A stretch of DNA of 63,080 bases, the filler included, from Jimgerdemannia flammicorona (lineage: Eukaryota): the NCBI GenBank assembly GCA_003990765.1. It is 3 parts of 3 records of this genome, joined end to end, with 100 filler letters (N's around TTAATTAATTAA, not from the genome) between each part and the next. Parts side by side here need not be neighbours in the genome. Positions count along the whole stretch, not along the records: positions 1 to 20,962 come from RBNJ01001557.1; 2 more parts are not named here. One strand, written 5' to 3'. Both the position numbers and the translations under genes were made by a program. A model generated the notes under the pieces. The model was not told where the DNA came from. It made no database searches and saw nothing but the letters and a program-made list of their open reading frames with translations. Of the stretch, positions 1 to 13,236 are shown in pieces (within the stretch, counting starts at the first letter, position 1; the number at the start of each line of letters is the position of its first letter).

Positions 1-133
1 GAAGTTTGAGGACTATAAGACCTTGGGAAGGCACTCCAATAAGAACTTGCTTATAACAACTTGAGTTAGTCTAAGAGATACACCTTGAAGAGAATCTGGC
101 GTATTTGAAGAACTCAGCGACCACTACATGACA
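1..133 (+). repeat. 3' end of an LTR of Gypsy family C (cut by window edge)
   Basis: Reverse complement of LTR C at 60161-60293 and 52952 onward; ends ...TGACA at 133. Confidence 0.9.
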
Positions 134-239
134 ATACTAATATACATATATATAAGTCAAGATCAATCACCAGTATCTTTCTCTATTAATATTTATATAA
201 TATAAACTTCACAACACACTTTTGAGGATTTTATTCAAC

Positions 240-3095
240 TTTTTGTAGTATAATTGATCTCTAATTCTTCTTATATAGTAGTACTCTTAGACTAAGATTT
301 TGACTCCTCAGATATAAGGACAAAGTTGCAAAGTGCTGTTATCTTCTCTAATATCCCTGAGACTCTCACTATCTTCTTTCAAAAGTTCTGAAACAGGCCA
401 TCTTTATCAGGAGCTATGCTCTGTATCATGGCTGACAAGATACTCAAAATTTTATCTTCTTAGACTAGTAGAACCAAGTCTCTAATACTATCAACCTGTA
501 TCTCTAGAGTATACTCAATAGTCTCCTATCTATACTTTCTTCTTTTTTACTCTATAGATCTCTCTATCTATTATTCAGAGAACTCAAGATTGGCTGTATC
601 TTATTTACTAGAGAATTCTTCTCATCATATGTATATACTATTCTACCTCTCTCTTACTCTTTTTATCTACAGGAGTCTAGACAGATACTTAGTAGTCCTC
701 TTATCTTTCTCAAGTTTCTGACACTATAGCTAAGCTGTTATACTCTATATCCTAGTTTCCTCCACCTTCTTCAATACTCTCTCCAACTCCTCTACCTCTA
801 TCTGACCCTTCCTATTCTTCAATCTTCTACATCCTCCTATTTTAACAACTCTGTCAACTCTAACTATACCTGCTCCATTCTCCTGGAGGCTCTCATCTGC
901 CATTACTATTGAGTCTCTATAAATATCTCAGTTTACTCTGACAGCCTCTTTCAACTTCACTCAACAGAGTTCTACTGAGGACCTCTTATATGTATATCTA
1001 GTGAGTAATCATTGTCTTAATATCTACTACTCAAGTATTCTATAGTTCCTTTTTCTCTAATAGATAGAAATTGAGATACCAATGTCCAGGCCCATCTCCA
1101 CTCCTCTTAATCTGACCACACCTCAATAACTTCCAATGACCAGATCACAGGATCCAAAGCGATCCAGATATCTATCTCTCAGTAGTCTGTAGTCAATATC
1201 TGGTCAATTTTCATCTTAAAACTATTTACTCAAAACATATAGATACTCTGGTTACTCCATATTATCTTTCCAGTATTTACTAATAAATTCAGATACTCTA
1301 CTATCCTCCAAACATCCTGACTACTACTATGATCTATGGTGTACTACTCTTTATAAGTTCTGTTCAACAGTATATTCCATACTATATTAAAATTCCCAAC
1401 TAGTATATCTATACTAGCTTTAACAAGTGTACTTATACTCATAAAGTCTATCTATCTACTCTACTCAGTTACTCCTAACTGTTAGATAATAGCAAGAGTC
1501 TACAACTACCAGCTCTCACTCTAGCCTCTGCTATACTCCCCATACTAAACAGTTATCCTCTCCTCCAATCTCACAAATCTCTCTCTGTATCAGAATCTCT
1601 GCCTTATCCCTCCAGACTACCTCACTACTGCACTCCCTAGTCTATATCAGTCTATTTATTTTCTGTTTACAGTATATATTCTATAGTAGAAAAAGATCAA
1701 CTTCTAAACCCTCCAGCCAAGTAAAAATATTTTAATACCTTATAGAGTTCTACAAACTATTTATAGGAAAAGTATTATTATGATACTGTCTCTTCTCCTT
1801 TACAGTTTCATACTCATCTCCTCCAGAGCTAGGTCTAGACTATTCTCTATAATGACCTCCTCATCCTCATCCTTCTTAGTATCTATTCTAGCTAGTATTC
1901 TAGCAATCTCATTATTATTCTTAGCCTCTATCTCCTCTCCATACTCTACATATATCTTCTGCTAAAGCTCATTCTATATCTCTGCTTCAACCAGAAAGCA
2001 GTATATTCTCCTACAACTACTACTAATTCTGTCTCTCTTACTATATCTACTTCATAACTAGTGCTCTTAATAAATCAAATGAAAGATCTAACTCAATTGA
2101 ATTTGAATTGAATCAAAGACTAATTTGATTTGAAATTCAATTTTGAATCTTATATATTAGAATATACTAACTTGATAAATATATATCTAAATTTAACTAT
2201 CTTTAGTATATTAGATTTCCCTATATGAGATAAATCTATCAAGCTAAAGATTCTTAAATTTGGACATAGTTTCATTAAGTTATTATATTTCTAAAATAGA
2301 GTTCAAATTAGACTCTCAATTCAATTTGTTTTAAATTGATTCAATTTATTGGTAAGTACTATTCATAACCTTCTCTCTCTAAAAAACTGCCAGAATTTCT
2401 GCCTTCAGCTTCTCTATTACTCTATCAACTCTCAATACTGTTATCCATTACTTCTTACTGATAATATACAGGTCTATCTCTCATATTTTCTAAAGTTAAG
2501 CTCTATTATCATTGCACTAATCCAGGATATATTACTAATTAGTTTCTCACTAGAAGTTGTAGGCCTCTCCTCCTCCATCAAGGTAGTAATAGCTCCAGTA
2601 CTAGCAGACTTATCCCACTCCTCCTCCAGAATACTGTAGCTCATCCTCCTCTATTTTGACCACCTGCTCTCTCTTGACTACATCCAGCATCCCAAACCAG
2701 AACCTATACATGTCTCTTATCTCTACATTCTCTACAATTCTTCTTTCTCTAGCCTCAGTCCCCTGATACTCCTTTTACTTCTTCCAAACCTCAAGTATAC
2801 TATTATTATAAAGCTATTGATCTCTTATCTCTCTACTCTCTGCCAATCCTCTATTCTCTCCTCAGTTCAATATCTAGCCCATTTACTTCCCCTCATCCCC
2901 TCCAAGCCCTCTCCTGCTCCAGACTCCAGCCTCTACTTCAGATTTACCAACAAATTCCTCTATTTCTTCCTTCTCTGTAATTTCTTCCACATTATCTTAT
3001 TTATACATATCTGCTTAGCATTCACTATTTTTAAGTATATTGATATAATATAGGCTCTCTATACTACCATCTAATGCTCTATCACTCTACTGAGG

Positions 3096-3097
<2 letters not shown>
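240..3097 (-). mobile_element. Old degenerate LINE, left part (start of RT, APE endonuclease, ORF1 C-terminal half)
   Basis: Colinear with the LINE at 3098-9034, e.g. FTWLEGLEVDLFLL* near 1690-1730; many stops; interrupted by the MITE and the younger LINE. Confidence 0.8.
2059..2361. mobile_element. hAT-type MITE (303 bp)
   Basis: 8-bp TSD TTCATAAC at 2051-2058 and 2362-2369; decayed TIRs TAGTGCTCTTAATAAATC / ATTTATTGGTAAGTACTA; AT-rich, many TTGAA/TTCAA subterminal repeats; no ORF. Confidence 0.8.
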
Positions 3098-3167
<70 letters not shown>

Positions 3168-3242
3168 GTTACTCAGACTCTCTCTTTATTATACTCATCT
3201 ATCCCATAAAAGTACAGTGAACTCACCCCCTACCCTATCCCC

Positions 3243-6200
3243 CTAGGGGGGCCCCTCCCCTCTACCCCTTCTCGATGAAACACCACTCTATCAAATACAA
3301 TTCCCACCCTCCCACCACTCTGATTGCATATCTTTATCACCAAACCTCACCATTGCCCCCCTGAAGGACTTCAACCTATCCACCATCCAGTCATCAGATC
3401 TCCCAGCAGCTTCTTCCACCTTAAGACCTTCTCCTGCAGGCTCACCTACCACTCCTCCTCAAACACAAATAACCAATGTCTCGCCAATCCCATCCAAATT
3501 GCTAACACCCACCCAACAGTGAGCCAACTATCCCCCACCCCCCCCACTAGCTGAGACCTCAAGTCCTCTCAGCGATCCCCCTCACCCACCAGCCAGCACC
3601 CCACATCCAGCCTATCTCCTATTGCAACCCAAAAGTCCCCCAAAACCTCACACTCTCCTAGCCAATATTCTGGTGTCTGCACCAAACCCCCAGCTTGCCC
3701 TACATTGTAACACTCCTCATAATTGAAACAGCCACCATCCACCAGATGCCTGGTGTGGAAATTTGGCATGACATTCTGCTGCAGCATTCGCCACCACACC
3801 ACCCAGAACTTGGGGGGAAGCCACTGCTATACCTTAGCACTCCAAGATCAGATACCCACTCAGTCCCACTTCTTGCCAATCCCGACTGCCTGCCAGCTGC
3901 TTGGCCAAAGATCCTGGCCAAGACCCTGCTGATACTCCACTCTATCCCCAATATCAAAAGCAGCAAGTGGAGCACCCCCCAGTAGCAATCTATCCCATTG
4001 CCACATACTAGGTCCCCACAACATCTCCCCCTCATTGCCCTGCCAGTGCAGACCAATTCTGTATACTCCATCGACCACTCCCCACCAAAAGCCCTTAAAT
4101 CTCAGCCTCTGAATTCCTTTGAACCCCACCAAAGAGTGTAGAGCTCCTGAGGACCCTTGAGGGGAGGTTTGCATCTCCCACACCTTCTGCAACAGAGGCA
4201 CCCAACTCCCTCCTTGCAGTTCAGCTGCTCTCTTCAACCACCAGGCTCACAAGCAGTATAACCTCTTAGGGAAATCTACAAGGCCAAGACCTCCCCTGAC
4301 CACCAGTGTTGCAAGAGTATCCCAACTGATCTGAGACCTCTGCCCTGCCCAAATCCAATCCCTATCCACCTTTGTCAGCCTCTTCATCACCCAAGCTGGG
4401 AAATCAAGGTGGTAGGCCACATACCACAGCTTGGGGAACCAGTACACATTCAGAATTGCTACCTGCCCTGCTAGAGAGATATAGCAGCCTCCCTAGCCTT
4501 GAAGGGCCTCTCCCCAAGCAGCCACCCTGCCCTCCCACCACACTCGCAGCAGGACAGAGCCATATACCAAGAGGAAGATTCCCAGATACCATACCACCTC
4601 ACCAGTAGGGACAATTGTTCCAATGATGTCCCCACCCACCAGCCCATTCCCCAGCACCATAGTCTCACACTTATGCCAGTTGAGCTTCACCCCAGAGTGA
4701 TCCTCATACCAATCCACCACTACCTTAATTACCTCAACATCTGCTACAGACCCAAGGCCAACTGCCATATCATCTGCAAATGCTCCCACCTTCCACACTA
4801 TGCCATAGATAGAGAGCCCTATCACCTTCCAGCGAATTCTATCCATCAAAGGTTCCAAAGAGAGGGCATACAAGATAGGGAACAGGGAGTCCCCCTGAGG
4901 AACCCCTCTTTCCAAGGTAAACGCCAGACTACAGTGACCATTGCACATCAGTACCACCTGACTGCCCTCTAGCAGACTCAACATAGAAGCCCAAAATCCT
5001 GGGGGAACACCAATATGATCCAATACCTTGCCCAGCCAAATCTGCTGGACCCAGTCATAGGCCTTCTCTTGGTCCAAGAAAACCAACCTTCCATCCAGGC
5101 CACAAGCCTGGGCCCCTTCAATGATACCATGCACCCAAGCAGTCCCATCTCTTATAAGTCTACCCCCAACAAAGCCCTGCTGCTCCTCCCCCAGTACCTG
5201 TTGGGCAACCTTCTGCAGCCTTGCAACAACCACCTTAGTTACCATCTTCCTGTCTATGTCCAAAAGTATGATTGGCCACCAGTTCTTCCAGTCTTCTCTC
5301 CTCCCCTTGTCTTTGTACAATAAAGCCACCAGCCTGAGGTCCTGCTCTCCAACCCACTCACCACTCTGAAGAACATAATGACAGAGAGCAGTCATCTCAC
5401 CCAAAACATCAGGGACTGTAACCATCTTCTTTCAAAAATCCCATGGTAGTCCATCCTCCCCTGGTGTTGTTCTGGGTCTAGTTGCTGCAAGGACATTCTG
5501 GACCTCCTCACCTCGCACCAGCAAGGCCAAGTCATCCAGTCCAGCCACTTGTGGTGGCCTCCATTCCCTAATATATCTTCAATAGCCACATCAGCACCCC
5601 CTTCTTCCTCACTCCACAAACCCTATCATCTCTCTTTCAAAACCCCTAAGATTCATCGTGTGCCATGTACCATATCCCCATTGGTATCTAGGACTCCATC
5701 CCACCGATGTCTCACCCTCCTAGCTTTGAGCAGATGGGACAAAAATCTAGTAGGCCACTCACTCTCCTCGAGCTCCTGCCACCATAGCCTTGCAGCCATA
5801 CCTTGTATATGCACCTCTTCCTCTTCTCTCAACACCTGTTGCAGTTCCATTATCTCCAATCTAACCCATGCCAACCTCCAGTCCTCCACCCCATCAGCAG
5901 CAAGCAGACCTGCCCAATCCATATGCAATCTCTTCAGCCTATTGGAAGCACACCTCATGCACCTCCTCCTCCACCTCCCCTCTTCTCTCCCAGCCTCCCC
6001 CCAATAGACCCTTGTAGCCTCTTTCAATCTCATCCAACAGACACCCACTGACAAACCCTCACACCTCCAGCAGGAAATTTTCACCTGAATGTCCTCTACC
6101 CATGAGTCCCACAACTCCTTCTCAGCCAGCAGGGAGGAGTTAAGGCACTAATGTCTGGGTCCATCTCCACTCCCCCCAAACTGCCCCTGTCCCAACAGTC

Positions 6201-6906
6201 CCCAGTGATCAGACCATGGGCACCATTCTACCTCCAAAGCCTTCCAGACATCAGACCCCCAACAATCTGCCATCAGAATCCAGTCAATCCTTGTACCTAA
6301 GCCAATTACCCAATGTGTGTAGACCCTTGAGTTGCCCCATCACATTCTGCCCATATCGTCTAAGGAGCTCAGCCTCTCCACCTCCTCCCATATATCCAGG
6401 CCACTACTCCTCCCTTCTGTACTCCACCCACCATCAGTTTGGTCCAGATGCTAATCCTGAACTATATTAAAGTCCCCCCCAAGCACATCAACCCCTTCCT
6501 CCAAGAGAATACCTTCCTCCAGCAGCTCCTTAATCCATGCAATCCTCTCACCTCTAACCACAGGGCAGGAGCAAGAGCCAACCCTCACCGACTCCCACCC
6601 CGGCTGATGCCAATCTCCCCAGACCAAGCAATCACTCCAGCTCCCAATATCCCCCAAGTCACCTCTACCCTTCCTCACCAGAATTGCCACTTTTCTAAAC
6701 CAAGCAGCAGCCCCACCCCATTCCCTAGTCCACTCAACCCAATCATCCTCATCCTCATACTGAACATCCTGCAATAAAAAGAGATCAGCCTCCAATCCCT
6801 TGAGCCAGTTAAAAATGTATTTACACCACCCAGATCCCCTTAGCCCATTCACATTCAAAGAGAAAATGTTGGTTATACTATTCATAAGAGAAAAATATTG
6901 TATCAT
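3243..6906 (-). pseudogene. LINE ORF2: APE endonuclease, reverse transcriptase, C-terminal Cys/His motif
   Basis: NIFSLNVNGLRG, GGDFN, WSDH; RT motifs EQQGFVGGR, LDQEKAYD, GVPQGD, AFADD (ORF 4493-5425); stops and frameshifts; 3' end approximate. Confidence 0.92.
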
Positions 6907-6909
6907 GAA

Positions 6910-8952
6910 CCCACCCTCTACAATTCCGCATCCTGCTCCTCCTGCAACAAATCCAAGTTATGATCTGTAGCTAGTTCTCTCTCACCAGCTTCCTGTGCCT
7001 CCAAGCCTCTCAGAAGTTCTACCATTGCCCCATCTTCTCACTCCTCAAAGTCCTCACGATATTCCTGATAAGCCTCCTACCAGAACTGCAAACCATACTG
7101 CTCTGCCCAAGAGTATGCCACCTGCTCCCCAGCGACCACCGCCAGCTCGGCCCTTCTCACCTCATCAACCTCATATCCCCCCTCCTCCAGGAAAATCGAA
7201 AGAATCTCCCCCTTCAGTGCCTACACCACTCCCTTGCCATGCAGAATCTGTGCCCAATGCTCCTCAGGCATTATCTGCAGGTCCACCTCCCCCAAAGTCT
7301 CAGCCGCGAGGTTATCCATCACCTTGCTCATCTACAGCAAGTTCCCCACCTCCTTCCCTCCCAGAGTCTCTGGTCATCCAATGTCCAATATCATGGTGTC
7401 AGCCCCTACACTGGCAGCCTCATCCCACTTCTCCTCAGAGATATCCACCAGCTCATCCTTGCCAACTGCCACCACCTGACCCCCTTGTTCCACATCAGGG
7501 ACCCTAAAGTGCACCTGCTGGGCCCCCTTCATTGGCGTATCCTCAGTTATCTGCCTCCTTCCAGCCAGGCCCCTTCTGATAAGAGGGGGGGTCGCATCCA
7601 GCTCTGGCTCCCAAACCTTGAAAGTGCCATCAGCAAAGGGGTCCTTGCTCAGAACCTTTTCAGCCCCTTTCTTATCTGCCACCTCCCACCCCCTTTGCTC
7701 GCCCAAACACTGGCTTCGACACCCTGAGACACTTTAGCTCCCACTGCCTTCTGCTTTGCCTCCACCACCATACTTGCTAGAAGCTCTCTCTGTCTCCTGC
7801 ACCCCTGTGCCCACTCCCACAGCTTCCTGTCAGTATGGATGCATTTCCCATCCACAACCTCTAGATGCATCGACTCCTCATACATCTTCCAGGCCCTTGC
7901 CCTCCTCTCCACAGCTCCACTCATCTCCTCCAGTGCCTCCAACAAATCCTCCTCCTCCTCCTCACTTCCCTTCACCCTCGAAACCTTACAGATGAACACC
8001 CCCCACATCAGCACAGAAGGCCAGTCACATGCCTTCCCCATGACCTCCTTGCCTACCAGCTGAATCCTGACATCAATGTCACCTGTCCTGATCATTGTCC
8101 CCTCCCACACCTGAAAGCCATTATTCACCACATCACCATACTCAACCATCACTTCCTCCACCCTCTTCCTAGTCTCTTCCTTAGTCACCATGGGCACCCC
8201 CTTCACCAGAAACTGTACCACCCTGGGATCCCATTGCAGGCACCACACCATAGGGACCACCACCTCCCCAACCATGACACCAGTTTTCAGTACCTCATCC
8301 AGTGGGCCAGCCTCCTCAAAGCCCACCTCAACCCCCTCCAGACCCTTCAGGAACTTCACTGAGGCTGCCCCAGCCACCTGCTTCGAACAAGCCCCAGAAC
8401 CATCCTTGCCATCACTGCCAAGCCCCAGAAGCACAAGGTCACTGCGAACTCCAAGATCAACTTTTTGACCAACAGGGTCACTGCCAGCCCCATTACACCA
8501 TCTGCCAGGTCCCCCTTCCACATCAGGAACCCCTGCCCCACCTGGCCATCAGCCATCACATCTCTTTTTTTTTCCTGATTCCCTGTCACACTCCTATCAA
8601 TAGTTATACCCCCAGCCACAGCACCTCCAGCCCCTACTCCTGCACTCCCAGCCAGAGCACCACCCCCCCTTCTAAGACTCGCCTTGCCCTTCCCCTCAGC
8701 AGCTCCAGTCCTAGTACCCGCTGGCCACCTACTCTCCTTAATCTTGTCCATGAAGCTCAGGAGTCCAGATCTTCCCCCATCACCACCAGCAGACCCTAGA
8801 CCTCCAGCCCCACTCCCTCCTCCACTGTTTCCTCCCACCAGCAGGCCTCTCATACTTCCCCCCAAGCCAGGGCCTCTCCCCACTTGCTGCCATTTGAACA
8901 CTCCAGAGTCACCCTGCCCAGTACATACCTCAGGATACTCGTTGGTTGCCAT
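6910..8952 (-). pseudogene. LINE ORF1 (Gly-rich N-terminus), frameshifted
   Basis: ATG at 8952 (MATNEY); fragments in ORFs 8356-9126, 7649-8521, 7374-7706; homologous text in all other copies. Confidence 0.8.
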
Positions 8953-9045
8953 GATGCTAGTAGCTTGTCTCCAGAAACTGTGTTGAAAGTGTTGCCAAAG
9001 ATTGTGTAACCTGAATGTTACCAGAGGAACCCTGCTACTGAGGTC

Positions 9046-10120
9046 TTTCAGTGCCTCTAGCAAATCCTTCTCCTTCTTCTCACTTTTCTTCACTCTAATT
9101 ACCTTACAAAAAAAAGTACTCCACATTAGTACTAAGGACTAGTTCTGAGCCTTTCTGGTGATCTCTCTCTCAGCAAGCCAGAGCTAGACATTTATATCTC
9201 TAGTCCTGAATGAGGTCCCTCCCTAATACAGAATTAAATATCTACTACATTACTATACTTCTTTATAATCTTCTCTACTCTACTTCTTTTCTCAATAGCT
9301 ATCACTATAGGTACTTCTTTTACTAGAAGCTAAACTACTCTCAGATCTTATCAGCCATCAGTACCACTACTTCTCTCACTATCAACCCAGTCCTCAAGGC
9401 CTCCTCTAATGGCCCTACTTCCTTAAAGCCAACCTCAATCTTCTCTAACTTCTGCAGAAATCTCACTAAGACTACTTCAGCAATCTGATTTATAATCAGA
9501 CCCAAGACAATCTTGGTAATCACTACTAGCCCCTAAAGTACAAAGTGACTCTAAATTCAGAGATTGACCTTTTGAGTAATAAAGCCCCCCACTAGATCTA
9601 TTATAATATCTACCAGATCTCTCTCTTCTCTGTGCAATGTCTGCTCAGCTCTATCATCAATAGTCACATCTGAATTATTTTCAGATCTCTCATTACTCAC
9701 TATCAGCAGTTATATCTCTCTCCTCAGTGACAGCCCTACCAGTCCCTATATCTGCTCTGTCCAACATTGACCCTTTAGCTCTCTTAGTATCTACTCTTCT
9801 TTTATAGACTTCTTATCTTAAGTACTCTCAGATCAACTCTGTACCTTATTAGCAAAGCTTATCAGCCTCTGCTCTCCACTATCTATGCTTAGTAGCCAAC
9901 TTCTGTCAGATTCTTTCTACTTACTTATACTATTAAAAAAACCAATCTTCATTCTACAACCCCTTCTGATATATTGTCAGCTAAAGGTCTTAGGTCCATC
10001 TAATTAGCATATCTATTAGAACTCCTATATATTATTATATTACTAGTATCTTTTCTCCAAAAACTGATTAAAGTAATAAAAGATATTTGTATAATATAAA
10101 TTACATATACTGAAGAAAGA
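9046..10120 (-). mobile_element. Old degenerate LINE, right part (ORF1 N-terminal half and 5' end)
   Basis: KVIRVKKSEKKEKDLLEALKDLS continues across the TSD into 3097; 9970-10120 resembles the LINE 5' end at 25110-25260. Confidence 0.8.
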
Positions 10121-10166
10121 TATCTAGTGGTTATTTTGTTGCTATTGTCTTTTAGTTATATTTTTA

Positions 10167-11105
10167 TATTGAAATATCTTAATTATAGCAACTCAATATA
10201 TAGTATTATAGCCTAACTATAATATTATATAAATGTTATCAATATGTGTAAAAGCATATAAGTTAGTATCAATAAATAATATTCCTTCCTCTCTTGGCTC
10301 TTCCAAGTATTCTACAATAAAAAGTTATAAGCTCTACTAGTGAAAGTAGATAACTAATATATCTCTTATACATATACTATACTATGCTATAATATATATA
10401 TCAGTCAATACTTATAGTATATCAAGTCTAAGTAGTATAAGCAGAATAAGATCCAGAATAGATACCAGTAGTATAAGTATGCCTAATATGAAGTTATAAC
10501 TATGATGATTTCTATAGTAGTACCAATGATGATAAAGAGAATGATTTCTGTCTTTAATAGTAAAGATTACACCATATGAGTATACCATAGAAAGAACTTT
10601 TAAAAGAATATAGTTTAGAGGACTACTGAAAGCCACAGATATATATAATATTATACAAAGCTGTAAAGGATTACAGAGCACTAAGGGAGATTATGTTCAC
10701 TCTTTTAAATATGTAAATGAAACTCATCATCAATACTATAACAAAGAATGAAGTCTGAGAGATATTATGTAATTACTATCAGCAGACATCTATATCAAAT
10801 AGATTTTATCTGAAAGTACAACTATTTAATCTCTAAATGAAGTCCAAGGAGAGTATCTAGAATTATACCAACTATGTTAATAATCAAGTGAATCAAGTGA
10901 ATTCTCTTTCTATATTGGCAGATCTCATTAAGAATGAAGATGAGGTTCTGGCCCTCTTCCTGAGACATACAATATAGTTATTACTGCTATGAGAGAATCT
11001 GAGAAACAATTGAACTATAAGTATATATATTATTATAAGTCTTTTAAATAAGAAATCAAGACTGGGCAGTAATGACAATAATGATGGTAATAAAAAGCCT
11101 TATAT
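10167..11105 (+). mobile_element. Degenerate Ty1/Copia, 5' part (probable LTR, PBS, gag)
   Basis: TATTGAAATA at 10167 (decayed TGTTG); AGTTATAAGCTC at ~10323 resembles the copia-type GGTTATGRGCCC PBS; contiguous across an ATAT TSD with the Copia pol at 19186; boundaries uncertain. Confidence 0.5.
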
Positions 11106-12734
11106 TGTAACATGCCTTACTCAATGGAGGCAAATTACAAGGTTGGAGATTGATGTAGTTTGGCTTGAGCCCCCAGTTACTTTGACAAAAAGCAAACAAA
11201 ATGATCTAAGATTCCTGAGATCCTTGGTGTTTAGTGGTATAATAATCAAAACTGGATATCTGTAAGTGATTTGTATGTCAATTTCCTAATTGAGATGGTT
11301 CTCTAGGTATAGTAGTAATTGGTGGGAATGGGTTTCCTTCTTAGGTCAATCTGAGAATTGGTAGAATTTCATGTGTAGCATGACAATCTTCCTTATGCAT
11401 AATGGTCTAGCAATTTGGCAGTTCTCCTTATGTAATTTCTGCATGACAATCTCTATATAGCATGAGTGGATTCCTTATGCAGTGTGATCTGGCAATCTGG
11501 TAGATAACTTGATTTGGTACAGATTCTCCAAAAGCAGTGGGCTTCTTGAATGTCATGGATTCTTCTTACTGAGAATTATATTGGTGGTGGATAATACAAT
11601 AACTCAAACTCACTGGGAATAACAAATAACTTAGATGTTGCAGATTCTTCCTGAATTGGTGGCTTCAACTGAGAGTGTGGTGGATAACTTAGAAACAGTG
11701 GATGATACGAATTTGGCTTTAACTGAGAATACTACTTGGATGGCACAAGTTCTTCTGAATTGGGCTCTTCTGGAAATATAATAGTACAGATTCTGGAAAT
11801 GTAGAGAATAATGGAAATGGTGGTGAAGCTCTTTCTAGAACTTTTGGTGGCAAACTCGGATTCTTCAGGCTTAGTCTGGTAAGTATACCAATAGCATAGC
11901 TTATTCCTTAAGCAGTAGGTTCTACAGGCTTAGTCTGGCAAGCATATCAATAATTCCAAAGGTGGCAAAGTTCTTCACTTGAACTTGGCAGCAAAATATT
12001 TAAGCTTTGTATCAGAAAGTGGAATGAAGTGGGGAAATAAGCTCACAATCTCCTAGCAGTGGCTGTAGAGTTCCTCTTGAAGTGTGGTAGGCAGACTTGT
12101 CTTTTGCTTCAATTTTGGACTGAGGTTTATTCACTCTTGTCTCTGGGGTAATTTATATATTATGGTTGCTATCTCGTTGCTATGTGGCTAACTATAGGTT
12201 TGCTACTTATGACAGGTGTATAGAGTCTATACAGTGTATAGAACCTGTACAGTAAACAGAGTCTATACAGTATAACATAGTGGATGCTTACTCTTGAAAG
12301 TATGTCGGATTTCTGTATCTTGAAAACTTGACTGTTCTGACTCTTACAGAGTCTCTTGAAGTTGCAGGGGAGGGTGGGTGAGTTTGAAGTGTATCAGCCT
12401 GCAGGCTTACTAGTTTCTTTGCTATCTCTTTCTTTGAACTATTTCGATCTGAGGTTTATTCACTCAAAGATACTGGGTTATTTATACAAGTTTGCTAGCT
12501 ATGAGATGGTTACTGGGTTATGTAGCTAAGTTTATGAGTCATTTAACACTTTGCAAAATATTTTACCAGTTGTGAAATACTATACTATATTGAGAAGCTC
12601 AATCTTACACTTTGCGAAATATTTAGCAAGTAGCAAAATCAAGTACTGCTAACTATGTGGCTATACTACTTTGGGACTAAGTGTGATCAAGTGTCTGTTC
12701 CCTATTTCCTTCTTCCAAATCTGGCTATACTGTC

Positions 12735-13236
12735 ACAACTTCCTCCTGAATAGATGATCTTGTCCCTGAAGTATCTATTCAAACTCCCAGGCTTCAATGG
12801 TCTGTATGGTCTTGTGCTGTGCAATTTGTTGTATTACTGTTTCCCAATGATGTTGCCTGACTCGGTTGAAGTCTGAGGGAGTCACTCCTTGCAGGTGGGC
12901 TAATGCTGGTTCATCCTTTTGGAATAGCTTGTGGATTCTCTTAGCAATGGTGATCTGGGAATAGGAGAGCTGGCATTCTGCGATTCAATTTTCTTTGGTC
13001 ATTTCTGGGTTTTGGTTGAGTACTTGGCCAAGTTTGAAGTACTCTTGAAATTTGTTTCGATGCTGATAGGCCTTGAAGTGTGCGATTCGAGAGAGATGAA
13101 TCTGCATGATGCTTTGGATACTGTCATAAGACTCCTCTATGGTTGGAGGCTTGGTGGTGCACCATTGTCTCTCAATGGCTCTTTGGGCAGTACTAGTGAT
13201 CTTGAGTGCCATTACAGTACTTTTGTTACTGGCCAT
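12735..13236 (-). pseudogene. Family A accessory ORF between integrase and PPT (~165 codons, unknown function)
   Basis: MASNKSTV...QEYFKLGQVL...TIAKRIHKLF...VTPSDF in one frame with two internal stops, ending at the LTR edge; similar to the U3 ORF of family C. Confidence 0.75.

Larger units (their letters stand above)
3098..9034 (-). mobile_element. Full-length L1/Tx1-like LINE (ORF1 + APE-RT ORF2), inactivated
   Basis: Poly(T) 3098-3164 = poly(A) tail; AATAAA on minus strand at 3185-3190; TSD CTACTGAGGTC(TTT) at 3087-3097 and 9035-9048; APE and RT motifs. Confidence 0.95.

Noticed and set aside
172..240. Short plus-strand piece resembling the LINE 5' end, suggesting a 5' inversion
   Set aside because: Too decayed and short to align confidently; no TSD
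3324..8986. Many plus-strand Pro/Ser/His-rich ORFs
   Set aside because: Antisense shadows of the G-rich LINE coding strand
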